Assembly (NCBI GenBank): GCA_963850305.1
Contig: CAWKKR010000008.1
Coordinates: forward strand, 1,760,001 to 1,824,000
DNA from: an uncultured delta proteobacterium
GTDB taxonomy: Bacteria > Myxococcota_A > Polyangia > Polyangiales > Polyangiaceae
Length of the DNA stretch: 64,000 nucleotides
Direction: 5' to 3'
Shown here piece after piece: positions 45,324 to 53,034 of this stretch. The notes under the pieces were generated by a model, which was not told the DNA's origin, did not search any database, and saw only the letters and a program-made list of their open reading frames with translations. The first letter of the stretch is position 1, and the number at the start of each line of letters is the position of its first letter. Position numbers and translations under genes: made by a program.

Positions 45324-46919
45324 TCATCCCCCCGTCGAGGGCTTCTCGGGGATGAACGTCATGGCGCGCTCCGCGAGCGCGGTGATGGTGAGCGAGGGGT
45401 TGACGCCGGGGTTCGCGGAGATGGTCGACCCGTCCACGACGTACAGCCCGTCGTAGCCGAACAACCTATGTTGCGCATCGATCGCGCCCGCTTCCGGGGA
45501 CTCACCCATGCAAGAACCCCCGAGAATGTGCGCCGTGGTGGGGATGTCGAAGAGCGGCTCGTAGAACGCCGACATCGCGACGCCGCCGGCTTTCTCCGCG
45601 ATCCGGAGCGCAAGCTCGGTGGCTTCGGGGATGGCCGCCTTCGGGCGTTCCCCCTCCTCGACCTCGGTGTTCATGAATCCGAGCGACGATCGCACGAACC
45701 TGAGCGTGCCCTCGGTCGACCGCATGTAGAGGAGGATCATCGTCGCGCTCGCCCAGCTCGCGACGAAGAAGGCGCGCAGCGACTTTATCGGGTGAAGCAG
45801 GATGGCGATCAGGATGCGGAAGAGTTGCAGGAACCCGGCCTGACCCCGCACGTGCGGCACCATGATGGTCCTGAAGAACCCGGAACCGGCGCCGTAGCGG
45901 ACCATCTCGAGATGGGAATGTTCGTCCGTCTGATAGAGCGAGTTGATGGCGATGCCCCGCGAATGGTCTTCCTTGCCACCGGGCACCGTGACGCAGATGA
46001 GCGACTCCGAGTTCGTGCGCACCCGGCGTCCGATCTGATCGGATAGCTTAGGCAGCGCAGTAGGATCCGACTTCAGGCGGAGCAAGAGCGAGTTCGTGCC
46101 GAGCGCGCCGGCGGAGAACACGACTTGCTTCGCTCGATACTCGACGTCCTTGCGCGAGAAGTACGATCTGCCCTGGCGTGTGCGGATACGGTACCCGCCC
46201 TCCGCGACCGGGGAAACGTGCACGACCTCCGTGTCGGCCTCGAGCGCGAGGCCGCGCTTTCGTGCGAAATAGAGGTAGTTCTTGTCGAGCGTGTTCTTGG
46301 CGCCGTGACGACAGCCGGTCATGCACGCGCCGCACCGGATGCAGCCGGTGCGCTCCGGGCCCTCACCGCCGAAGTACGGATCGGGGACCGTCTTGCCGGG
46401 CTCGCCTGCGAAGACGGCGACGTGCGGCTTTTCGAAGGCTTCGGGGGTGCCGCGTTCTTCGGCGATCGACTTCAGGAGCGCGTCCGAGGGCATGAGGAAA
46501 TCCGTCGGTGCGGCGCCTAGCATGCGGCGCGCCGTTCGATAATGCGGGAGAAGCTCCTTCTCCCAGTCGGCGAGGTGCGACCACGCGGGGCTCTCGAAGA
46601 ACCCGCGCCTCGGGATGGGCAGGGTATTCGCGTACGTGAGCGACCCTCCGCCGACGCCGGCGCCAGCGAGCACCTGGACGTGACGAAAGGGCCGCATCAC
46701 GAAGAGTCCGCGAAACCCGACGAGCGGCGCCCAGAGCCACTTCTTCACGTCCCAGTTCGTCTCGGGAAAGTCCGCAGCCTTGAGCTCGCTGCCCTTCTCG
46801 AGCAAGAGAACGTCATAGCCCTTCTCCACGAGCCGGAGCGCCGAGACGCTCCCGCCGAAGCCGGAGCCGATGATGGCAAAGTCGTATGTGCGAAGCGACT
46901 GGGGCGCTGGAAGGGTCAT
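45324..46919 (-). CDS. GMC oxidoreductase, cholesterol oxidase (ChoD)-like
   Basis: IIGSGFGGSVSALRL, GVGGGSL, CIRCGACMTGC, KNTLDKNYL, TAHILGG, NPGVNPSLTI. Confidence 0.88.
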   Translation of the reverse strand: MTLPAPQSLRTYDFAIIGSGFGGSVSALRLVEKGYDVLLLEKGSELKAADFPETNWDVKKWLWAPLVGFRGLFVMRPFRHVQVLAGAGVGGGSLTYANTLPIPRRGFFESPAWSHLADWEKELLPHYRTARRMLGAAPTDFLMPSDALLKSIAEERGTPEAFEKPHVAVFAGEPGKTVPDPYFGGEGPERTGCIRCGACMTGCRHGAKNTLDKNYLYFARKRGLALEADTEVVHVSPVAEGGYRIRTRQGRSYFSRKDVEYRAKQVVFSAGALGTNSLLLRLKSDPTALPKLSDQIGRRVRTNSESLICVTVPGGKEDHSRGIAINSLYQTDEHSHLEMVRYGAGSGFFRTIMVPHVRGQAGFLQLFRILIAILLHPIKSLRAFFVASWASATMILLYMRSTEGTLRFVRSSLGFMNTEVEEGERPKAAIPEATELALRIAEKAGGVAMSAFYEPLFDIPTTAHILGGSCMGESPEAGAIDAQHRLFGYDGLYVVDGSTISANPGVNPSLTITALAERAMTFIPEKPSTGG

Positions 46920-47014
46920 GGTTCTCGCCGCTCCGGGCCGCGGCCCGGCCGCGGCCGGGCGGAGCATCGCACGTCGCTGCCGACCAACCAACGACTCCGG
47001 CTTCGCGCGAGAAA

Positions 47015-48625
47015 TCAGCCGGATCGGACGCGCAATGACGCGCGCTGATGCCGGGCTCGCTTCGCTTCGTACATGTGGGCATCCGCGGCTTGCATCAAAT
47101 CGATCAGGTTGCGCGGGTCTTCGGGGTGAAAGACCGCCGCGCCCGTGCTGATCGAAAGACGATAGCGATGCGTCGAGAGGGCGTTCAGCTCGCTCACTCG
47201 TTCTTCGATGCGGGCATAGGTCGTTGCGATCCCGAGCTCGTCGCAGTCTCCGGCGAAGACGGCGAATTCGTCGCCGCCCAGCCGCGCGACGACGTCGGAA
47301 GCACGAAACACCCCGGTCAACACATCCGCGGCAGCGCGAAGAGCATGATCACCCATCTCGTGACCGAGCTGGTCGTTGATGAGCTTCATGCCGTTCAGGT
47401 CCGCGAAGAAGACGACACACGGTTCGAGGGATCTCGCTGCAGCTTTGAGCTGGTGTTCGGCGACTTCCATGAAGCCGCGCCGGTTATAGAGACCCGTGAG
47501 TTCGTCGCGGAGGGACAGCGCCCGGAGGGCCTCGGACTTTTCGACGAGCTGCGTTTCCGCGCGCTTGATCGCCGTCGTGTCGTGAAAGACCGCCACGGCG
47601 GCCACTGCGGTACCGTCCTCGCTGATCGGTCGAGTCGTCACGCTGTATGACCGTAGCTCGTCGTTCACGCGCAGCACGATCTCCACGCCGTCGGAGGCGT
47701 GGCCCTGAAGCGCGCGGGTGATGGGTCCCTGATCCGCCGGAAACGGGGTCTTTCCGTCGGGGAGAAAGGCTTGCTGATGCTGCGACCAATCCGCTGACGG
47801 ACGCTCGCCGACCGAATACGGCACGATGCGTTTGGCGGCCGGATTGATCAGCACGGTCTCCCTGTCGGCGTCGAGAACGACCACGGCATCCCCGATATTG
47901 GAAAGCACGGATTCCAGCAGCCGAGACTGAGCGCGGAGCTGGGCTTCCGCCTTCTTTCTGGCGGCGATGTCGCTCGCGAGCTGCAGGTTCGTGAGACGCG
48001 CCTGTTCCGCGTCGCGCCGCGCGCTCGAGAGCCCGGCGAGCGCCAGCGCCACGCCGCCGGCGAGAACGGCTCCGAGCATGAGCTGGAGATGCAGCGTGGC
48101 CGCCGCCACCGCCTCCTCGCGCTCACGGAGCCGCTCGTCCGTCCTGGCGAGCATTCGTCCGATCTCGACGCGGACGGTGTCCATGGCGGTCTTGCCTCGA
48201 GCGAGGATGACGATGGCCTCCTCGTCGCTCGGATGGTGTCCTCGCTGCCGCTCGATGAGCTCGTCGAGGAATGCGAGCTTCTGGCGACTGAGCGTGTCGA
48301 CACGCGATGCGCCGGCGCGCTGCACGGGGTCCGACGCCCCCACGTGCCGGAGCGACTCGAGGTCCGTGAGGAGCTCGGGGCGAGCGTTCCGGTAGGTTTC
48401 GAGGAACCGATCGTCACCGGTCAGCAGGAATCCGCGCACCCCGGTCTCCGCATCCTTCAATCGCGAGAGGGTCTCGATCATGACCTCCCGCGCGGAGAGC
48501 GTCTCCCGGACCGCGGCCTGTCGGGCGAGGAAGCTCTGGGCGTCGGCGCGCAAGAAGAGTCCGAACACGACGATCGCGCCGAGCGCCAGGAGCCACGGTA
48601 ATGAGCGAAGACGGGCAAGAGCCAT
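47015..48625 (-). CDS. Membrane diguanylate cyclase (CHASE3-PAS-GGDEF)
   Basis: TM, DAETGVRGFLLTGD (CHASE3), TM, PAS, DELTGLYNRR, RASD I-site, GGDEF. Confidence 0.92.
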   Translation of the reverse strand: MALARLRSLPWLLALGAIVVFGLFLRADAQSFLARQAAVRETLSAREVMIETLSRLKDAETGVRGFLLTGDDRFLETYRNARPELLTDLESLRHVGASDPVQRAGASRVDTLSRQKLAFLDELIERQRGHHPSDEEAIVILARGKTAMDTVRVEIGRMLARTDERLREREEAVAAATLHLQLMLGAVLAGGVALALAGLSSARRDAEQARLTNLQLASDIAARKKAEAQLRAQSRLLESVLSNIGDAVVVLDADRETVLINPAAKRIVPYSVGERPSADWSQHQQAFLPDGKTPFPADQGPITRALQGHASDGVEIVLRVNDELRSYSVTTRPISEDGTAVAAVAVFHDTTAIKRAETQLVEKSEALRALSLRDELTGLYNRRGFMEVAEHQLKAAARSLEPCVVFFADLNGMKLINDQLGHEMGDHALRAAADVLTGVFRASDVVARLGGDEFAVFAGDCDELGIATTYARIEERVSELNALSTHRYRLSISTGAAVFHPEDPRNLIDLMQAADAHMYEAKRARHQRASLRVRSG

Positions 48626-48688
48626 GAACGGCCAATGAAGACGCTACTCGAAGCATATCGCGGTTGCCCTGATTCGAGCAGGGCAGCC

Positions 48689-49066
48689 TCAGAATCGTCC
48701 CCGTCTCGGGGAGTCATGCGCGCGATCGGAGTCCTGGGTCTCCCCCGTTTCGGCTCGATGTGAACCGCCCCTGCGATCCCCGACCAGCGTGAGGCCGCTC
48801 ATCACGAACAGCAGCACGCCCGGGGGTGCCAGGAACGCCATCAGCACGACGCTCTCGTACGCCCTGTCAACCTTGCCCTGCATCTCGGGCACGTGCGTTG
48901 CGCCGCGGAGCCCGCCGGGAATGCCTCGCGACGCGGCCCGGACGGAAATGGCCGCCGTCAGGAACGGCGCCGCGACCATCACCGCACCGATGGCCATGCC
49001 CGCGCGGAGCCAGCGCGCCTTCGATGGAGTCAGGGGCTTTTTGGCGGGAGCGGGCGGATCGTCCAC
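48689..49066 (-). CDS. Small hypothetical two-TM membrane protein
   Basis: Two hydrophobic segments in the 3' part of ORF 48689-49597; start inferred. Confidence 0.5.
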   Translation of the reverse strand: MDDPPAPAKKPLTPSKARWLRAGMAIGAVMVAAPFLTAAISVRAASRGIPGGLRGATHVPEMQGKVDRAYESVVLMAFLAPPGVLLFVMSGLTLVGDRRGGSHRAETGETQDSDRAHDSPRRGRF

Positions 49067-49177
49067 GGCGCGGACCCTAGCTCCGGAGATCGCCTGGGTC
49101 GACCCCCGGGTTTCGTTCCTCGGCGCCTTGTCGTCGACGGCTGTTCGCGCCGTGAAAGCGGTGCGAAGAACACGGCC

Positions 49178-49678
49178 ATGGCGGAAGAAACGCGAATTCG
49201 CCCCATCGTGGCGGCTGACGTCGACGATGTCGCGCGCATGGCGGGGCAGCTCGTTCGCTATCACCATTCGCTCGACGCGCTCCGATTTCTGCTCATCGAT
49301 GGCGTCGAGAACGGCTACGCGCGGTTCCTTCGTAGTCAGCTCGCGGAGAAGACCGTCGTGCTGCTCGTAGCCGAACAGAGCGGGCATCGGGTCGGCTACG
49401 CCTACGCGCGGCTCGAATCGCGGGATTGGAACGCGCTCCTCGACGCGCACGGCGCGCTGCACGACATCTTCGTCGAACCCGGCGCGAGGGGTCGCGGGGT
49501 CGCGTCGGCCCTGCTCACGGAGGTCGTCGCGCGGCTCGTCGCGCTCGGGGCACCCCGCGTCGTTCTCTCGACGGCCGTGCAGAACGATGCGGCTCACCGG
49601 TTATTCTGGCGCCACGGCTTTCGCCGGACGATGATCGAGATGACGCGCGAGCTCGGGCCTGGTCATTCGAACGGGTGA
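49178..49678 (+). CDS. GNAT family N-acetyltransferase
   Basis: LHDIFVEPGARGRGVA, NDAAHRLF..HGF. Confidence 0.9.
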   Translation: MAEETRIRPIVAADVDDVARMAGQLVRYHHSLDALRFLLIDGVENGYARFLRSQLAEKTVVLLVAEQSGHRVGYAYARLESRDWNALLDAHGALHDIFVEPGARGRGVASALLTEVVARLVALGAPRVVLSTAVQNDAAHRLFWRHGFRRTMIEMTRELGPGHSNG

Positions 49679-49698
49679 AGCACTAGGATCTTCTGGCC

Positions 49699-50260
49699 AT
49701 GCCGATGCCCGTCAAAATGACTCCGACCGAGATCCCTGCCGTCACCGTCGTCGAGACGGGAATGGTGAAGGACGATCGTGGCTTCTTCTCCGAGACCTAT
49801 TCGTCGGTGATGTTCGGTAGGGCCGGGCTGGATGCGGTGTTCGTTCAGGACAACCTGAGCAGCTCGCGCAAGGGGACGCTCCGCGGACTTCACTACCAGC
49901 TCGAGCCGCACGCGATGGGCAAGCTCGTGCGCGTCGTCCGCGGCTCCGCATTCGATGTGGCTGTCGACATCCGGCGCGGCTCCCCGACCTTCGGCAAATG
50001 GGTGGGCCGCACGCTCACCGCCGAGAACAGACATGCGCTCTGGGTCCCCGCCGGGTTCGCTCACGGCTTTCTCGCTCTCGAGGACGAGACGTTCGTGTTC
50101 TACAAGTGCACCCAGATCCACACGCCCGAATCCGAGCGCGCCATTCATTTCCGCAGATCCGGAAATCGGGATCGAGTGGCCCATTCCCGCGACCCTCGTG
50201 GCGCCGAAGGACGCCGCCGCGCCGCCGCTCGCGCGCGCGGAACACAATTTCGTTTACTAG
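49699..50260 (+). CDS. rfbC: dTDP-4-dehydrorhamnose 3,5-epimerase, indel near 50150
   Basis: DDRGFFSE, VQDNLS, LRGLHYQ, KLVRV, GFAHGF, YKC, then DPEIGIEWP in the next frame. Confidence 0.92.
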
Positions 50261-50281
50261 GAAAGGTGCCCGCGAGCGGAG

Positions 50282-50490
50282 CGAGCCCGCCGAAGGCGGC
50301 GGGGGAGCGGTCGCGAAGCCGCGGGGGCAAAGCGGGCAAGGCCCCCTTGCGAGCACGAGCCCGCCGAAGGCGGCGGGGGAGCGGTTGCGAAGCAAGCCGC
50401 GGGGGTCAAGACCCCCTTGCGAGCACGAGCCCGCCGAAGGCGGCGGGGGAGCGGTCGCGAAGCGAGCCGCGGGGGTCAAGGGCCCCCGTG
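50282..50490. repeat. Three-copy REP-like multi-hairpin repeat (period about 70-74 bp) between convergent genes
   Basis: CGAGCCCGCCGAAGGCGGCGGGGGAGCGG at 50282, 50356 and 50426, each followed by two further hairpins. Confidence 0.9.
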
Positions 50491-50519
50491 AGTTGGCTGG
50501 CCTCCCATCCCGGTGCGGC

Positions 50520-51308
50520 TTACGTCGCGCGCGCGACCGTTCCCGACGTGACCCGCTTCACGGCTCCAGTGTCGTCGCGCAGGAGTAGCGCGCCGTCGTC
50601 GTCGATGCCGGCGCCGGTGCCGGCCTGGTCGCCGACGATCAGGCGCTCGCCGAAGAGTGCGTCGTGAGCGCGCAGCTCGCCGACGAGAGGCGATAGCCCC
50701 GTCGCGACGAAAACGTCGAGGCGCGCCGCGAAGTCATCGAGAAATTCGGCGAGCACTGCTTCGCGGACCGGTGCGGGGTCGCCGAGCAGCGCGAGCGACG
50801 TGGCGACGTTCGCGATGTCGTCGGGGAGCTCGCGCATCCGCACGTTGATCCCGACCCCGACGACGATCGCATCGACGACGGACCCGCCGACGCGGGTCTC
50901 CACGAGGATGCCGGCAAGTTTTCTGCGCCCGACGAGCACGTCGTTCGGCCACTTGACGACCACGCGAGCGTCCACGCGCCGAGCGGCGACGCTGCGCACC
51001 GCGAGGCCCACGACGAGCGACAGCGCGCTCACGCGTTCCGCGGGCAGGTCCGAGTGGAGCAGGATCGAGAACATCAGATTCTCACCGGGGGGCGACGTCC
51101 AGGCATGACCGCGACGACCGCGTCCGCGGGTCTGGATATCGGCGACGAAGGTGGTGCCGGGCAGTGCGCCGGCTCTCGCCGCGGCGAAGGCGTCGTCATT
51201 GGTGGAACCCGTCTCGCGCACGGCCACGAGAGGTTCTCCCAGAGTTTGGCTCCTGCCGAGGCGGAGGCCGGAGAAGACCGTCCTATCGAAAGAGCCTTCG
51301 TCACTCAT
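50520..51308 (-). CDS. birA: Biotin--protein ligase (no HTH)
   Basis: STND, QTRGRGRRG, KWPNDV, KLAGILVE, GVGIN. Confidence 0.94.
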   Translation of the reverse strand: MSDEGSFDRTVFSGLRLGRSQTLGEPLVAVRETGSTNDDAFAAARAGALPGTTFVADIQTRGRGRRGHAWTSPPGENLMFSILLHSDLPAERVSALSLVVGLAVRSVAARRVDARVVVKWPNDVLVGRRKLAGILVETRVGGSVVDAIVVGVGINVRMRELPDDIANVATSLALLGDPAPVREAVLAEFLDDFAARLDVFVATGLSPLVGELRAHDALFGERLIVGDQAGTGAGIDDDGALLLRDDTGAVKRVTSGTVARAT

Positions 51309-52149
51309 CGATGCGCTCGAGGTCGAGACCGATGTCCGCCGCCGGCGCGGAATGCGTCAGCGCGCCGACGCTGATGACGTCCACGCCGGCTCGCGCGAGC
51401 GCAGGGACGCGGTCGAGCGTCACGCCGCCCGAGACCTCGACGACCGCGCGATTCCTGGCGCGGCGCACTGCGTCTTCGAGCTCGTGCGGCGCGAAGTTGT
51501 CGAGCATGACGATATCGGCGCCCGCGGCCAGCGCTTGGTCCAGCTCGGCGAGCGATTCGACCTCGATCTCGATGCGCGACGTGTGGGGCGCTCGGTCGCG
51601 CGCCCGCGTGACGGCCGCGGTGACGCCCCCTGCCGCGACGATGTGATTGTCCTTGATGAGAACGGCCGAACCCAGCGTGTCGCGATGGTTGCGCGCGCCG
51701 CCGGTGCGTACCGCGTAGCGCTCCAGCATGCGCAGGCCGGGCGTCGTTTTTCTGGTGTCCGCGATGCGGGTCTCGCAGCCCGGGGGTATGGCATCCGCGT
51801 AGCGGCGGGCGAGCGTCGCGATACCCGTCATTCGCTGCACGAAGTTCAGCGCCGTGCGTTCGGCGGCCAGGATCGAACGCGCATATCCGCGCACGGTCCA
51901 GAGTACGTCGCCGGGAAGCGCGCGGGTGCCGTCCGCGACGTTCATCGTCACCTCGATCTCGGGGTCGACCTCCCTGAACACGGCGCAAAACACATCGCCG
52001 CCGCACACGACGATCTCCGAACGTGCGACGGCCCAGCCGAGCACGCGCGTCGACGCATCCACGGTGGCCTCCGTGGTCAGATCGCCGCCGGCGAGATCTT
52101 CCTCGAGCGCCCGGACGACGATCGGGCCCAGGAGCGCGCGCGCGAGCAT
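51301..52149 (-). CDS. nadC: Nicotinate-nucleotide pyrophosphorylase (carboxylating)
   Basis: EDL..GDLT, ERTALN, DTRKTTPG, LIKDNH, EIEV, MLDN, SGGV. Confidence 0.95.
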   Translation of the reverse strand: MLARALLGPIVVRALEEDLAGGDLTTEATVDASTRVLGWAVARSEIVVCGGDVFCAVFREVDPEIEVTMNVADGTRALPGDVLWTVRGYARSILAAERTALNFVQRMTGIATLARRYADAIPPGCETRIADTRKTTPGLRMLERYAVRTGGARNHRDTLGSAVLIKDNHIVAAGGVTAAVTRARDRAPHTSRIEIEVESLAELDQALAAGADIVMLDNFAPHELEDAVRRARNRAVVEVSGGVTLDRVPALARAGVDVISVGALTHSAPAADIGLDLERIDE

Positions 52150-52865
52150 CAGCCGAGACCGTAGCTGTGCGCCAGGTACGACGCAAAGAGGTTGCAGAGC
52201 GCGTGGAATGCCGCAGACGCCCCGACCCCACGCCGTTTCACGCGGAGCCAGCCGAAAAGCAGTGACGGAAAGAAGACCGCGAGGCGGCTGAGGTTCGGCT
52301 CGGTCGCCAGGTGACCGAGGGCGAAGATCACACTCGTCACCGCGACGCCCGCGCCGACCCGGGCACCCAGGAAATCGAACCTGGGTGGGATCACGTCGTC
52401 CAGGCTGGTCTGGAGGTACCCGCGGTAGAAAGCTTCTTCCGGAAGCGCGATGACGAGAAACTGTCCGAGCGCTTCGTTCGCGATGCTCCCGAGCGGCGCC
52501 GGTCGGAACGGTGCGATCGGATGCCACCAGGCGCGGTATCCCAACCAGAAGGGCGGGAAGATGATCGCCGCGAGGGCGAGCGCGACGCACAGTTCTCTCG
52601 CGGCGCTCTGCACGAGCTGCCCGAGGCGGAGGGGTTCTCGGTCGAGCAGTCCCCCGAGTGACAACCCGAAGTGTCGCGCGCGCTCGGGGTCATCGTCGCG
52701 GAGCGCGAGCCAGTAGGTCGCGCCGAGAAATGCGAGCCCGACGGCGCTCGCCGCGTGTTCGACGGGCGCAGCGTAGGAGAGCGCCGTCACCAGCGCCGTG
52801 GTGACGACCGCTGCCGCGACGGGACGCTGCCACCCCGGGCGCTCGGGCTGTCCGGTAGGCGTCAC
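52149..52865 (-). CDS. CPBP/Abi family glutamic intramembrane protease (myxosortase-like)
   Basis: PEEAFYRG, FALGH, FFPSLLFGWLR, HALCN; TGATG overlap with nadC. Confidence 0.85.
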   Translation of the reverse strand: MTPTGQPERPGWQRPVAAAVVTTALVTALSYAAPVEHAASAVGLAFLGATYWLALRDDDPERARHFGLSLGGLLDREPLRLGQLVQSAARELCVALALAAIIFPPFWLGYRAWWHPIAPFRPAPLGSIANEALGQFLVIALPEEAFYRGYLQTSLDDVIPPRFDFLGARVGAGVAVTSVIFALGHLATEPNLSRLAVFFPSLLFGWLRVKRRGVGASAAFHALCNLFASYLAHSYGLG

Positions 52866-53034
52866 GAGGCGGCAATCGTACCGTGCCGTCCAGTCGCGTC
52901 GGAGTTTTTCACGATCCGGCCGAATCCGTCGCGACGAATCGGGCGGGGCGCTTACTCCCCGCGCGGCCACGCTTGAGATAAGGTCGCCCCCTGTCCGCGC
53001 GCGTGCCAGACCCACGCGTCCGGTGGGAGGCCCC

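Noticed and set aside
50282..50490. CRISPR array
   Set aside because: The sequences between the repeated cores are near-identical to each other rather than unique spacers, there are only three units, and no cas genes are present.
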